A stretch of DNA of 64,000 nucleotides from an uncultured bacterium (GCA_964452465.1 CAYVMD010000006.1:2425-66424); one strand, 5' to 3'. Numbered from the stretch's first letter, positions 20,155 through 32,221 are shown. Notes: generated by a model not told the origin, from the letters alone. A program made the numbers and translations.

Positions 20155-20888
20155 TCCTCCTTCACCTCCTCTCCCCTTTCCACGAGGTGGCATTCCACGC
20201 CTTCTCTCTCGCAGACCTCCTTCAATCGCAAGGTGTTGGCACTCCTCGCTCCTCCCACGATTATCATAAGCTCAACCATCTTGGTGAGTTTGCGGGAGGC
20301 TTCCTTGCGTTTTTCCACCTCGGGGCAGGAGGTATCGTGAATGACGAGGTTTCTCAGTTTTTCCTTCAAAAGCGAGGCGATCTCAAAGAAGTTTTCCCCT
20401 CCCTTCGTCGTTTGGCAGACGAGACCCGCTCCTTCCATCAGATCCAATCCATCTATATCCTTTGCGCTTTCTATCACTATCCCTTCTCCCTGGATATAGC
20501 CCAGGATCCCTTGCACTTCCGGATGGTTCCTATCGCCGAAGATGAGGACCTTTCTTCCCTGTTGGAAAAGTTGGAGGGCGGTCTCCTGTGCCCTCCTCAC
20601 CCTGGAGCAGGTGCAGTCTATCACCCTTATCCCCTTGTTTTTTGCTTCCTCTATAACTTTCGGATCTTCCCCATGGGCTCGAACGAGCATACAGGCGCCA
20701 GGGGGGATCTGTTCGATGCCCTCCACCACTCGCAAGCCCTTTTCCCGTAGCCTTTGCATCTCGCCGGCGTTGTGGATCAGATCGCCGATCACATAGACTT
20801 CCTTTTCCTGCTTTAAAGCCTCCTCCGCCCACCTTATTGCTCTCCTTACCCCGTAGCAAAAGCCCAGCGCTTGGGCTCGTTTAACCAT
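20040..20888 (-). CDS. ispH: 4-hydroxy-3-methylbut-2-enyl diphosphate reductase
   Basis: GFCYGVRRAI, HNAGEMQRL and the conserved Cys positions of the IspH/LytB family. The ATG overlaps the stop of the upstream polyprenyl synthase (ATGGTTAA). Confidence 0.85.
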   Translation of the reverse strand: MVKRAQALGFCYGVRRAIRWAEEALKQEKEVYVIGDLIHNAGEMQRLREKGLRVVEGIEQIPPGACMLVRAHGEDPKVIEEAKNKGIRVIDCTCSRVRRAQETALQLFQQGRKVLIFGDRNHPEVQGILGYIQGEGIVIESAKDIDGLDLMEGAGLVCQTTKGGENFFEIASLLKEKLRNLVIHDTSCPEVEKRKEASRKLTKMVELMIIVGGARSANTLRLKEVCEREGVECHLVERGEEVKEEWLKGKERIGITAGLSTPLWEIEEVEKAILEKRKTRSL

Positions 20889-21918
20889 CGTCACCGATCT
20901 TCAAAACCCTCCCGAAGAACCCTTCCAATTGTCTCAAAAAACCTTTATCGCCCTCCACCCGAGAGAGGTAGAAGATGGCATCGTCCCTATAGGATTCGCA
21001 TATCTCCATCGTGTAGCCTTTAGCTCCTACCTCCTCCAGGATCTCCAAGGCTTTATCTATGTCCTTCTTGGTCTTCCTTTTCTTCCGCAAGATCTCGCGC
21101 AATTCTTCCTTTCTCTCGCTTTTATTCAAAGCGAACACCACGGGAAAAGTTATCTTGCCCTTGTGGATATCCTCTGCTGGCTTGCCTATCTCCTCTGAAA
21201 TGCCCCAAATACCGAGGTAGTCGTCCTTTACCTGGAAGGCGAGCCCAAAGAACCTCCCGCATTTCCCCAACTTTTCTACCTCTTCTTCCCTGCCTGCTAA
21301 CACACCCGCTATTCGGCAGGCGTAATCGAAGAGGGCTCCCGTCTTTTTCCTCGCCATATCGAGGTAATCGCTGACCGTTCCCTCTGTGGCCTCCTGTAAG
21401 GCTAAATCCAAATATTGTCCCTCTGTCATCTCCTTTATGATGAGGGAGAGACTCTCCAGGATGTTGGTGACTATGTGGGGTGGAAAGTGTTCCCTCAATC
21501 TAAGAGCAGATAGGTTGACGAGCCCTTGCATGGAGGAACCGGCGTTGACCGCCTGAGGTATGCCCCATACCTTCCAAACCGTGGGGCGAAAGCGCCTTTT
21601 TATGTCTTTATCCTCGACATCATCGTGGATGAGGGAGAAGTTGTGGAGTAACTCCACCGCAGTGGCGGCGGGAATTGCCCTCTCCACATCTCCTCCCAGT
21701 GCTTTTACAAGAGCGAGGAGAAGGAGAGGTCTTATCCTCTTCCCTCCGTATCTCTTGCTCTCTTCCACAGGTAGCCATTCTCCCCTTTCGTCCTTCCACC
21801 CCAAGTGATAACGAAGCATATCATAGAGGGGAAGATCGAAGGGCTCCATAAAGGAGCGCATATCCTTCTCCACTGCCTGGAGGGTGTAGGATAGGAACTC
21901 CTCCAATCCTTCCGTCAT
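20881..21918 (-). CDS. Polyprenyl diphosphate synthase (trans-isoprenyl diphosphate synthase family)
   Basis: First DDxxD motif LIHDDVED and second motif FQVKDDYLG. RBS GGGAAGAGG is absent here; the start is in an ATGA overlap with the upstream leuA stop. Confidence 0.8.
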   Translation of the reverse strand: MTEGLEEFLSYTLQAVEKDMRSFMEPFDLPLYDMLRYHLGWKDERGEWLPVEESKRYGGKRIRPLLLLALVKALGGDVERAIPAATAVELLHNFSLIHDDVEDKDIKRRFRPTVWKVWGIPQAVNAGSSMQGLVNLSALRLREHFPPHIVTNILESLSLIIKEMTEGQYLDLALQEATEGTVSDYLDMARKKTGALFDYACRIAGVLAGREEEVEKLGKCGRFFGLAFQVKDDYLGIWGISEEIGKPAEDIHKGKITFPVVFALNKSERKEELREILRKKRKTKKDIDKALEILEEVGAKGYTMEICESYRDDAIFYLSRVEGDKGFLRQLEGFFGRVLKIGDDG

Positions 21919-23477
21919 GTTTTTTCCTTGAGGAGCCTATATTCTATCGATTCCACCAGCGCCTGCCAGGAGGCTTCTATGATGTTCGTGGAGACACCGA
22001 TGGTCGACCAAACCTCTTCTCCATCGAAGGATTCCACGAGGACCCTTACCTTCGCTGCGGTGCCTTCCTGCCCGCTTATAACCCTCACTTTGAAATCGGT
22101 AAGCCGAATCTTCTCCAATTCCGGATAGAATTGCTGGAGTGCCTTTCGAAGGGCGTTATCCAGAGCATGGACAGGACCATCTCCCTCCGCTACTGTATGG
22201 GCGATGGTATCGTTCACCTTCAATTTCAGGGAGGCTTCCGTTACGAATTCGCCGTTTTGCATCTTCTCCACGATAACCCGCAAGCCCAAAAGGTCGAAGA
22301 GCTTACGATAACCGCCCGTTAATTTCTTCACCAACAACTCAAAGGAAGCCTCTGCCCCTTCGAAGTGATAGCCCTGGTTCTCCAGTTCGGTTAACTTTTC
22401 CAAGATGAGGCGGGTCTGGGGTGAATCCTTGGTGAGGTCGAGATGGAGGCTTCGCGTCTTATAGACGATGGTGGAGGAACCGGACAACTCGGAGACAAGG
22501 ATTCGCCTCTCGTTGCCCACCGCTTCCGGATCTATGTGTTCATAGGAGCGGGGATTCTTCATTATTGCATCCACATGAACCCCACCCTTATGGGCGAAGG
22601 CGGACTCCCCCACGAAGGGCATATTGCTGGCGGGCACCACATTCGCTACTTCCGCCACGAAGCGGGATAGCTCTACGAGGTGCTTTAGTTTTTCCTTGGG
22701 AACAACTTCTATTCCCATTTTGAGGACTAAGATAGGGATGATGGAACAGAGGTTGGCGTTTCCACATCTTTCCCCGTAGCCATTTATCGTTCCCTGCACC
22801 TGGGTTGCCCCCGCCTCAACGGCGGCGATGGTGTTCGCCACTCCCGTCTCTGAATCGTTGTGGGCGTGAATGCCGAGGGGAACCTTCACCCTTTCCTTTA
22901 CCTTAGCGGTTATCTCTTTAACCTCGCTGGGCAGGCATCCCCCATTGGTATCCGCAAGGCAAAGCCAATCCGCTCCTCCTGCTTCCGCCGCTTCCAGGCA
23001 CTCCAGGGCATAGGCGGGGTCGGATTTATAACCATCGAAGAAATGCTCCGCATCGAAGATAACCTCTTTGCCGAAGGACTTTAAAAACCTCACCGATTCC
23101 TCTATCATTCGAAGGTTCTCCTCCAAACTAACCCTCAAGATTTCCTTAACATGGAAATCCCAGGATTTCCCGAATATGGTGATCGTGGGGGTATCCATTT
23201 GGACGAGCATTATGAGATTGGTGTCCTCCTCGGGTTTGCGGTTTGCCCGCCGGGTGGAACCGAAAGCAACGAGTTTGCTGTTTTGGAGCGGTTCCTCCTT
23301 CATTCTCTTAAAGAAGGCGAGGTCCTTGGGATTGGAAGCCGGCCACCCTCCTTCGATATAATGGATGCCAAACTCATCCAATTTGCGGGCGATGCGGATC
23401 TTATCCTCCACGGAGAAGGAGATGCCCTTCATCTGGGCTCCGTCCCTTAAGGTGGTATCATATAGAAATATGGTCAT
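21915..23477 (-). CDS. leuA: 2-isopropylmalate synthase / (R)-citramalate synthase family enzyme
   Basis: N-terminal TTLRDGAQ DRE-TIM metallolyase motif. C-terminal LeuA-dimer regulatory domain. RBS AGGAGG. Confidence 0.8.
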   Translation of the reverse strand: MTIFLYDTTLRDGAQMKGISFSVEDKIRIARKLDEFGIHYIEGGWPASNPKDLAFFKRMKEEPLQNSKLVAFGSTRRANRKPEEDTNLIMLVQMDTPTITIFGKSWDFHVKEILRVSLEENLRMIEESVRFLKSFGKEVIFDAEHFFDGYKSDPAYALECLEAAEAGGADWLCLADTNGGCLPSEVKEITAKVKERVKVPLGIHAHNDSETGVANTIAAVEAGATQVQGTINGYGERCGNANLCSIIPILVLKMGIEVVPKEKLKHLVELSRFVAEVANVVPASNMPFVGESAFAHKGGVHVDAIMKNPRSYEHIDPEAVGNERRILVSELSGSSTIVYKTRSLHLDLTKDSPQTRLILEKLTELENQGYHFEGAEASFELLVKKLTGGYRKLFDLLGLRVIVEKMQNGEFVTEASLKLKVNDTIAHTVAEGDGPVHALDNALRKALQQFYPELEKIRLTDFKVRVISGQEGTAAKVRVLVESFDGEEVWSTIGVSTNIIEASWQALVESIEYRLLKEKT

Positions 23478-23505
23478 GGTTAGCTCCTCCTATGTTTGTT
23501 TAGAA

Positions 23506-23534
23506 ATTTTAACAAAATGCAAATTATCTGGCAA
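23506..23534 (-). promoter_or_regulatory. Sigma70-like promoter for the leuA-ispH-miaA operon
   Basis: Minus-sense TTGCCA-17nt-TAAAAT about 30 nt upstream of the leuA ATG. Confidence 0.45.
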
Positions 23535-23587
23535 TTTTAAGGCTTCATAGAGGGCGGTATCTACCTCGAAGGGAAAAGCCACGGGGA

Positions 23588-24781
23588 TTAAGAAGGATTT
23601 TTCTGGAATTTTGCTTCCTTCACCAGGATGAGAAGCAAGAGGCTTGCAAGGAAGGCGAGGGAAGCTCCCATGCTGAAGGCGACGAGGGTTCCCTTCCAAT
23701 GCCAGACTGCCCCGAAGATGACGCTGGCGGGAAGAGCTCCTACCCCTATAGCGAACCGATAGATTCCGTAAGCGGTTCCCCTCAATTCGGGAGGAACCAA
23801 ATCGGCAACGAACGCCCTTTCGGCTCCTTCCACGAGGGAATAGTAGAAACCGTAGAGGATAAAAAGGAGCCAGATGTGAAGGGGAACGCGAGCGAGGGCG
23901 AAGCCCAAGTAGGTGAGGGCGTAGATGCCCCATCCCAGGACTATAACATAGCGCCTTCCTATCCTGTCGGAGAGCATTCCTCCGGGCAGGGAGAAGATGG
24001 TCCTTGCCATGTCCAGGGCAAACCAGAGCATGGGGATCAGTTCGAGGGGGACACCGGTGTTCCTTGCTCGCAGGAGGAGAAAGGCATCACTGGAATTGCC
24101 AAGGGTGAAGAGCACGATAACGATGAGGAAGATCTTGAAGTTGATGTTGAAGGGTTTAAGGGACAAGCGCAAGGGGATTTTCTCTTCTCTTTCCCTTGGC
24201 TGAAGTTCGGTGACCGGGATGAGGGCTAATAGGGAGAGGATAGCGGGGAGGGCAGCGAGTGCAAAGAGGGGACGGAGGTTATTTCGCAGAAGAACGAGGA
24301 GGAGGGTGGCAAACAGAGGCCCTATGGCTGCTCCCAAATTGTCCAAAGCCCTATGGAAGCCGAAGGCGCGCCCCCTGTACTCCTCGGGGGTGGAATCAGC
24401 TATCAACGCATCCCTGGGAGCTCCTCGAACGCCCTTCCCCGTCCTATCTAAGAACCTTATGACCAGGACATGCCATGGAGCCTGAGCGATGGAGATAATG
24501 GGACGGCTGAGAGAGGAGAGGGAATATCCCAAAACGACGATCTTTTTCCGCATCCTCAACCTATCCGACAACCAGCCGGAGAGGATCTGGAGAAGGCTGG
24601 CGGTGGTCTCCGCGATCCCCTCGATAACGCCGATGAAGACGGTGCTTGCCCGGAGGACCTGCTTGAGGAATATAGGGAGGAGGGGATAGATCATTTCACT
24701 GCTGACATCGTTGAGGAGGCTGACGATGCCCAGGAGAAAAACATTGCGAGATATGCCCTTTATGCGCATTTTTGCCTCCAA
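23588..24781 (-). CDS. MFS transporter
   Basis: About 12 predicted TM helices, and the MFS-type N-terminus LLGIVSLLNDVSSEMIYPLLPIFL. Confidence 0.75.
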   Translation of the reverse strand: MEAKMRIKGISRNVFLLGIVSLLNDVSSEMIYPLLPIFLKQVLRASTVFIGVIEGIAETTASLLQILSGWLSDRLRMRKKIVVLGYSLSSLSRPIISIAQAPWHVLVIRFLDRTGKGVRGAPRDALIADSTPEEYRGRAFGFHRALDNLGAAIGPLFATLLLVLLRNNLRPLFALAALPAILSLLALIPVTELQPREREEKIPLRLSLKPFNINFKIFLIVIVLFTLGNSSDAFLLLRARNTGVPLELIPMLWFALDMARTIFSLPGGMLSDRIGRRYVIVLGWGIYALTYLGFALARVPLHIWLLFILYGFYYSLVEGAERAFVADLVPPELRGTAYGIYRFAIGVGALPASVIFGAVWHWKGTLVAFSMGASLAFLASLLLLILVKEAKFQKNPS

Positions 24782-24791
24782 AATAAAAAAA

Positions 24792-24866
24792 TGGAGCCGA
24801 CGGTGGGATTCGAACCCACGACCTGGTGATTACGAATCACCCGCTCTTCCACTGAGCTACATCGGC
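24792..24866 (-). tRNA. tRNA-Thr (anticodon CGU)
   Basis: Minus-sense GCCGATGTAGCTCAGTGGAAGAGCGGGTGATTCGTAATCACCAGGTCGTGGGTTCGAATCCCACCGTCGGCTCCA. Cloverleaf with a GGTTCGAATCC T-loop, anticodon loop TTCGTAA, and an encoded CCA. Confidence 0.85.
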
Positions 24867-24994
24867 TTCTATAAAATTATAACCAACAATTCGAACTGCG
24901 CAAATATTAGGACATGACCCCCTTCTTACATTTTCATAGAGAATTGAGTTAAAGACAAGCACGAGTCCAATATGTTATGGGATTTTACGCTCGC

Positions 24995-25023
24995 TTGACA
25001 TAGCCTTCCCTTCAGGGCATAAT
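24995..25023 (+). promoter_or_regulatory. Putative gyrB promoter (TTGACA-17-CATAAT) giving a near-leaderless mRNA
   Basis: -35 TTGACA at 24995-25000 and -10 CATAAT at 25018-25023. The gyrB ATG is at 25032 with no clear SD. Confidence 0.4.
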
Positions 25024-25025
25024 AA

Positions 25026-27508
<2,483 letters not shown>

Positions 27509-27571
27509 CCCCCTTTTTATCAGCGGTGGTTTTTCCCATGGGATTAATTAAAAAGAGAAGGAGGTGAGAAA

Positions 27572-27760
27572 ATGCCCATAATCACCGTGGAAGGACGTGC
27601 TCTTGACATAGAGAAGAAGCGGGAACTCGTAGCAAAGATAACCGAAATCGCTACCCAAATCTACAACCTGCCCAAGGAAACGATAACCGTGGTCATCAAG
27701 GAAAATCCCCCCGAGAACATAGGCGTTGGAGGGAAGTTGATCGTAGATCTCTCTAAATAA
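27572..27760 (+). CDS. 4-oxalocrotonate tautomerase family protein
   Basis: 62 aa beginning MPIITVE (Pro1 after Met). RBS AGGAGGTGAG. Confidence 0.75.
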   Translation: MPIITVEGRALDIEKKRELVAKITEIATQIYNLPKETITVVIKENPPENIGVGGKLIVDLSK

Positions 27761-27767
27761 AAAGGAC

Positions 27768-29429
27768 ATGCAATACCTCACCCTCTACCGTAAGTGGAGA
27801 CCCCGAATCTTCGAGGAAGTAGTGGGGCAAAGGCATGTTACCCAAACCCTCCAAAACGCTATAAGAAATGGTAACATAGCCCATGCGTATCTTTTCTGTG
27901 GACCACGAGGAACGGGGAAGACCACCACCGCTCGTATACTTGCCAAAGCCCTTAATTGCAGGGAAGGACCTACCCCAACCCCCTGCAACAAATGCGATAT
28001 ATGCGAGGCGATAACGGAAGGGAGGGCAATGGATGTCATAGAAATGGACGCTGCCTCCTCGACGAGCGTGGAGGATGTGCGCGATCTTAGGGAAAAGGCG
28101 AGATTGGCGCCCGCTCAGGCAAGGTATAAGTTTTACATAATAGACGAGGTGCATCGGTTATCTCGTTCTGCCTTCGACGCCTTGTTGAAAACATTGGAGG
28201 AGCCTCCCCAGAATGTGATCTTCATTCTTGCCACTACGGAACCCAATAGAGTTCCTCCAACCATCGTTTCCCGTTGTCAAAGATTCGATTTCCGAAGGGG
28301 AAGCGAGGAGGAAATAAAGGGATATCTGAGAAGGGTATGTGAGGGAGAGGGAATAGAAGCAGAGGATTCGGCGCTTTTTCTCGTTGCTTCTCAGGCGGAA
28401 GGGAGTTGGCGGGATGCCCTATCCTTGCTGGAGCAGGTCATCGCTTACGCAGGTAACCGCATAACCTCGGAGGATGTGAGGGAAGTTTTAGGGTTGGTGG
28501 AGGAGGAGGTGTTCTCCTCTCTAATTCGTTCCCTTTACCAGCAGAATCCCGTTTTGGGTATGCAACTCATAAAGGAGGTGTTGGAGGGGGGAAAGGATCC
28601 GCGGGATTTCCTGCGCGGGCTGGCGAAATATATGCGTGACCTCCTCTTCATCAAGATAGGAGCGGAGGAGCTCCTGGAGAGGGAGGGGGACAAATTGGAG
28701 AAAATGAGGGAGGAGGCAGAACCTTTACCGAATTCCTTCCTCATCCAGGCGATAGAAACAGTAACCGCAACGGAGAACAGGCTTCGGTTGTCTCCTTCTC
28801 CTCGCTTGCCCTTGGAGATAATGTATGTCCAACTTCTCCAATTGTTTCAGAGGACCCTCCAGCCCGCAAAAATAAAGCATGCCGCAAAAGAGGAGGCTCA
28901 GCCAATCCCTCCCGAGGTCGTTACTCAGCCTGTAGGCACTCCCCAACCTGCAGCGGTGGAAACCCCATCCCAACAGATGGTTCCACCCCAACTCGCCCAA
29001 CCTCAGCCATCTGCTCCTTCGGATAGTTCCTTAACCTTTCCTCAGTTGCTTGCTCAGTGGAGGAAGATCCTGAGTATCTTGCAGAGGGAATCCCCCCAAG
29101 TTTACTCCTTCCTCCAACACGCTACCCCCGTTTCCCTTGAGGGGGGTATTCTCACCTTTGGCTTTCCTCCCGAGAGGGAGTTTCTCAAGAAGAGATTCGA
29201 TAGCGATTCTTCTAAGCACAAGGTTCTCCTTAAGGCGATCCAGAAGTGTTTCCCCCAGGTTTCCCTAAAATTCCAAACCACCTTGGTAGAAGAGAAGGAG
29301 GGGAAAGAACCTGCTCCTCAACGGGAAGAACCGGAGGAGCTGGACGACAACCTGAGATTGCTTTTCTCCGTCTTCCCGGAGGCTAAAATTATAAAAAGAA
29401 ACGGAGGTCAGAGCGAAGGAAATGTTTAA
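27768..29429 (+). CDS. dnaX: DNA polymerase III subunit gamma/tau
   Basis: YRKWRPRIFEEVVGQ, the AAA+ P-loop GPRGTGKTT, and a zinc module CNKCDICE. Confidence 0.9.
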   Translation: MQYLTLYRKWRPRIFEEVVGQRHVTQTLQNAIRNGNIAHAYLFCGPRGTGKTTTARILAKALNCREGPTPTPCNKCDICEAITEGRAMDVIEMDAASSTSVEDVRDLREKARLAPAQARYKFYIIDEVHRLSRSAFDALLKTLEEPPQNVIFILATTEPNRVPPTIVSRCQRFDFRRGSEEEIKGYLRRVCEGEGIEAEDSALFLVASQAEGSWRDALSLLEQVIAYAGNRITSEDVREVLGLVEEEVFSSLIRSLYQQNPVLGMQLIKEVLEGGKDPRDFLRGLAKYMRDLLFIKIGAEELLEREGDKLEKMREEAEPLPNSFLIQAIETVTATENRLRLSPSPRLPLEIMYVQLLQLFQRTLQPAKIKHAAKEEAQPIPPEVVTQPVGTPQPAAVETPSQQMVPPQLAQPQPSAPSDSSLTFPQLLAQWRKILSILQRESPQVYSFLQHATPVSLEGGILTFGFPPEREFLKKRFDSDSSKHKVLLKAIQKCFPQVSLKFQTTLVEEKEGKEPAPQREEPEELDDNLRLLFSVFPEAKIIKRNGGQSEGNV

Positions 29430-29721
29430 ATCCTTAGAAAAACAATACAAAAAGTTGATGGAGGACCTTATGAAAGTTAATGAGGCGTTGGCGAATGAAA
29501 GGATCGAAGCCACAGCAGGAGGGGGTATGGTGAAGGCGGTTGTCTCAGGACAAGGCGAGGTCCTGGAGATAACCATCTCGCCCGAGGTCGTCGATCCTAA
29601 TGATGTGGAGATGCTACAGGACCTTGTTTTGTCCGCGGTGCGCTCCGCTCTCACTGAGGCAGCCAAGAGGAAAGAGCAGGCGCTCTCCCAAATAACCGGG
29701 GGGTTGTTGCCTCCCTTCTGA
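29422..29721 (+). CDS. ybaB: Nucleoid-associated protein YbaB/EbfC
   Basis: 99 aa YbaB fold (EATAGGGMVKAVVSGQGEVLEITI). Sits in the conserved dnaX-ybaB-recR synteny. Confidence 0.9.
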   Translation: MFKSLEKQYKKLMEDLMKVNEALANERIEATAGGGMVKAVVSGQGEVLEITISPEVVDPNDVEMLQDLVLSAVRSALTEAAKRKEQALSQITGGLLPPF

Positions 29722-29722
29722 T

Positions 29723-30316
29723 ATGCCCAGTAAAACCTTAAACAACTTGATCGGCGTGCTCTCTAAATTACCCGGAATAGGACCGAAGACCGCCACCCGC
29801 CTTGCCTTTTTCATCCTTAGAATGCCTACACAAGAAGCGGAAGAGTTAGCGGACGCTATAAGGAAGGTGAAAGAAGAAGTAAAAGTCTGTAGGGAATGTG
29901 GGAACTACGCCGATGAGGAGATCTGCGATATATGCTCTGATCAGAAGAGGGATAGATCGGTTCTCTGCGTGGTTGCCGATCCTCGAGATGTGATCGCCAT
30001 AGATAACACGCGAGAATATAGGGGGTTGTATCATGTCTTAGGGGGGGTGCTTTCGCCTTTGGATGGAGTGGGACCGGAGCAATTGCGGATAAGGGAACTA
30101 TTAGACAGATTGAAGGAAAGCGATGTAACAGAGGTGATAATCGCCCTCAGCCCCACAGTGGAGGGGGAGGCGACCGCAATTTATTTGGCTAAGTTAATCA
30201 AACCATTGGGAGTGAAGGTGACCCGCATCGCTCCCGGCATCCCTGTGGGAGGGGAGTTGGATTACGCCGATCCCGCTACGCTCATAAAATCGCTTGAGGG
30301 AAGGCGAGAAATTTAG
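29723..30316 (+). CDS. recR: Recombination protein RecR
   Basis: Helix-hairpin-helix N-terminus, C4 zinc finger CRECGNYADEEICDIC, and a Toprim domain. Confidence 0.9.
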   Translation: MPSKTLNNLIGVLSKLPGIGPKTATRLAFFILRMPTQEAEELADAIRKVKEEVKVCRECGNYADEEICDICSDQKRDRSVLCVVADPRDVIAIDNTREYRGLYHVLGGVLSPLDGVGPEQLRIRELLDRLKESDVTEVIIALSPTVEGEATAIYLAKLIKPLGVKVTRIAPGIPVGGELDYADPATLIKSLEGRREI

Positions 30317-30334
30317 TAGAATAGTCAAAAATTA

Positions 30335-30652
30335 TTGAGGAGGAAAAAAGAGATGGAAGATATTAACGCCAAGAAGGAGAAGATAATGGAAAATTTGAAG
30401 GAGGTGCGGGATCCCGAGCTGGGTTTTCCCATCGTCGATGCGGGATTGATAGATGAAATAGAGGTGGAAGGAAAGAAAGCGAGGATAACCTATCACCTTA
30501 CCGCTCCCTTTTGTCCCCCTCCCTTCGCCCTTTACATCGGGAAGCAGATAAAGGAGAAGACATTAGAGGTAGAGGGAGTGGAGGAAGTGGAAGTTACCCT
30601 CCGAGGGCATATAGCGGAAGAGGAAATAAACCAGATGTTGAGGGAAGAGTAA
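30335..30652 (+). CDS. DUF59 (MIP18/SufT-like) Fe-S cluster assembly domain protein
   Basis: LKEVRDPELGFPIVDAGLI...ITYHLTAPFCP is the characteristic DUF59 motif with its conserved Cys. Confidence 0.7.
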   Translation: MRRKKEMEDINAKKEKIMENLKEVRDPELGFPIVDAGLIDEIEVEGKKARITYHLTAPFCPPPFALYIGKQIKEKTLEVEGVEEVEVTLRGHIAEEEINQMLREE

Positions 30653-30688
30653 GAAGGTAGAGGATTTTAGGCGTTGCCTTGAAACTCT

Positions 30689-31117
30689 TTATTTGGGTGG
30701 AAGAGGGGTTACTTTTGGATGGCGGTGGGAGATGAGGAGAAGCTGTATCAGGTAATAGGAGCCGAGGAAGCGGGGGAGGGTGAGGAGGATCTTCCAAGGT
30801 AAGGGGGAGGCATGTGCCCAAGAGGCGTGGAGGGAGATGGCGAGCATCAAAACACCGAAGGCGAGGAGGAATGCCCCGATGGTTCCAAAGAAGCGTTTCC
30901 AGTCCCTCGTCTTTCGGAAGTAATCCAGTATCTCGTAGAAGATAAGGGCGCCTAATAGAAGGAAAAGCACTCCTACCCCTTCCAACCCCATCCTTGTGAA
31001 GGCATCCGCAAGGGGGAAAATAGCGAGGCTTAGGATCCTCCACCACCCTTTAAAACCGATGGGAGGAGGAACCTCGACGGTTTGCTTTTTTGCCTCTTTG
31101 TCCTTTTTCTGCTTCAT
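30689..31117 (-). CDS. Hypothetical membrane protein
   Basis: 142 aa with 3 predicted TM helices and a Lys-rich N-terminus. No recognisable domain. Confidence 0.4.
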   Translation of the reverse strand: MKQKKDKEAKKQTVEVPPPIGFKGWWRILSLAIFPLADAFTRMGLEGVGVLFLLLGALIFYEILDYFRKTRDWKRFFGTIGAFLLAFGVLMLAISLHASWAHASPLPWKILLTLPRFLGSYYLIQLLLISHRHPKVTPLPPK

Positions 31118-31240
31118 GGCTTTTAATTTTCCCCTCTTCTCCTAGGGAAGTCAAGGGATAACATGCCATATGCCAAGAACAATTTCCCTTCAAAAAAATT
31201 TTTAATTTTTCGCCCCACCCCCTTGCCCAAAAAAACTTGT

Positions 31241-31249
31241 TGTTATAAT
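31241..31249 (+). promoter_or_regulatory. Extended -10 promoter element (TGtTATAAT) upstream of DUF1559 paralog 2, about 195-nt leader
   Basis: TGTTATAAT at 31241-31249, with TTGCCC as a -35-like element. The long 5' UTR contains hairpins (for example gcaggaagtgcccgccttcctgc). Confidence 0.35.
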
Positions 31250-31447
31250 TTTTATGAAGACCAATTCTCCCACAGAGGGTTGGTCCTCGTATCCTCTTAA
31301 AGAGGTGGTGATGTGATTTGAGGGTATTGAGTTGAAGCAGGAAGTGCCCGCCTTCCTGCTTAAAATGAAAGAAGGGTTGGCCCCTGACCCTTCAAAGAAG
31401 TGGGCTTGCAGGGGCGAAACTAAACAAAAGGAGGAGAAAGGGTAAAG

Positions 31448-32212
31448 ATGTTAAAGGGTAAAAGAGGGTTTACATTGATAGAGCTATTGGTGGTCATAGC
31501 TATCATCGCCATTCTCGCGGCGATACTCTTCCCAGTATTCAGCCGAGCAAGGGAACAGGCGAGGAAGACAGCTTGTCTCTCCAATATGAAGCAGATAGGA
31601 ATGGCGTTGGCTATGTATACCCAAGATTGGGATGAAACACTTCCCTTCTGGTGGTTCCGCTGCTGGGGTGGACCTAATGTAGGTGGCTTGTATTGGCATG
31701 AGCAGCTTATGCCCTATGTGAAGAACCTCGATGTTTTTAGATGCCCCAGTGCTAGTGTGGAATGGCAAGCTCCGTGTGGGTGTTATCCAGGCACTGTAGG
31801 TAGACCCCAGAATAACATAAGATGCAACTATGGTTATCATGACAACATGTTGGCCGGCAGTGACGGAATTAACAGGTTAGCCAGGCAAGCATCTCCAGCG
31901 GAAACAGTGGTAATAGCGGACGCTTTTGACAACTGGATGACTCCTTACGCACCGATGAGTGCAGGGGGGATAATTGCAAAGGTTGCTTTCGCTAATATCC
32001 CGGACAAGTTTAACACCCCAGGTTTTAGCTGCGGTTGCCCGCCTACAATTAGCTTGCCTCTCGATGTGGCCCTTGATAAGTGGGCTCGACACTCGGGAGG
32101 AGCAGTCCTCGTCTTTGCGGATGGACACGCGAAGTGGTATAAAGGCGACCAGATAAAATCTCGATGTCGGGGAGGCACCCTTCGCATAAGTTGTCCTGAT
32201 ATAAGACAGTAA
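31448..32212 (+). CDS. Prepilin-type N-terminal cleavage/methylation domain protein, DUF1559 (H-X9-DG) family (paralog 2)
   Basis: RBS AAGGAGGAG. N-terminus [32 protein letters not shown]-terminal [14 protein letters not shown] motif. About 55% identical to paralog 1. Confidence 0.8.
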   Translation: MLKGKRGFTLIELLVVIAIIAILAAILFPVFSRAREQARKTACLSNMKQIGMALAMYTQDWDETLPFWWFRCWGGPNVGGLYWHEQLMPYVKNLDVFRCPSASVEWQAPCGCYPGTVGRPQNNIRCNYGYHDNMLAGSDGINRLARQASPAETVVIADAFDNWMTPYAPMSAGGIIAKVAFANIPDKFNTPGFSCGCPPTISLPLDVALDKWARHSGGAVLVFADGHAKWYKGDQIKSRCRGGTLRISCPDIRQ

Positions 32213-32221
32213 ACGAAGCAA

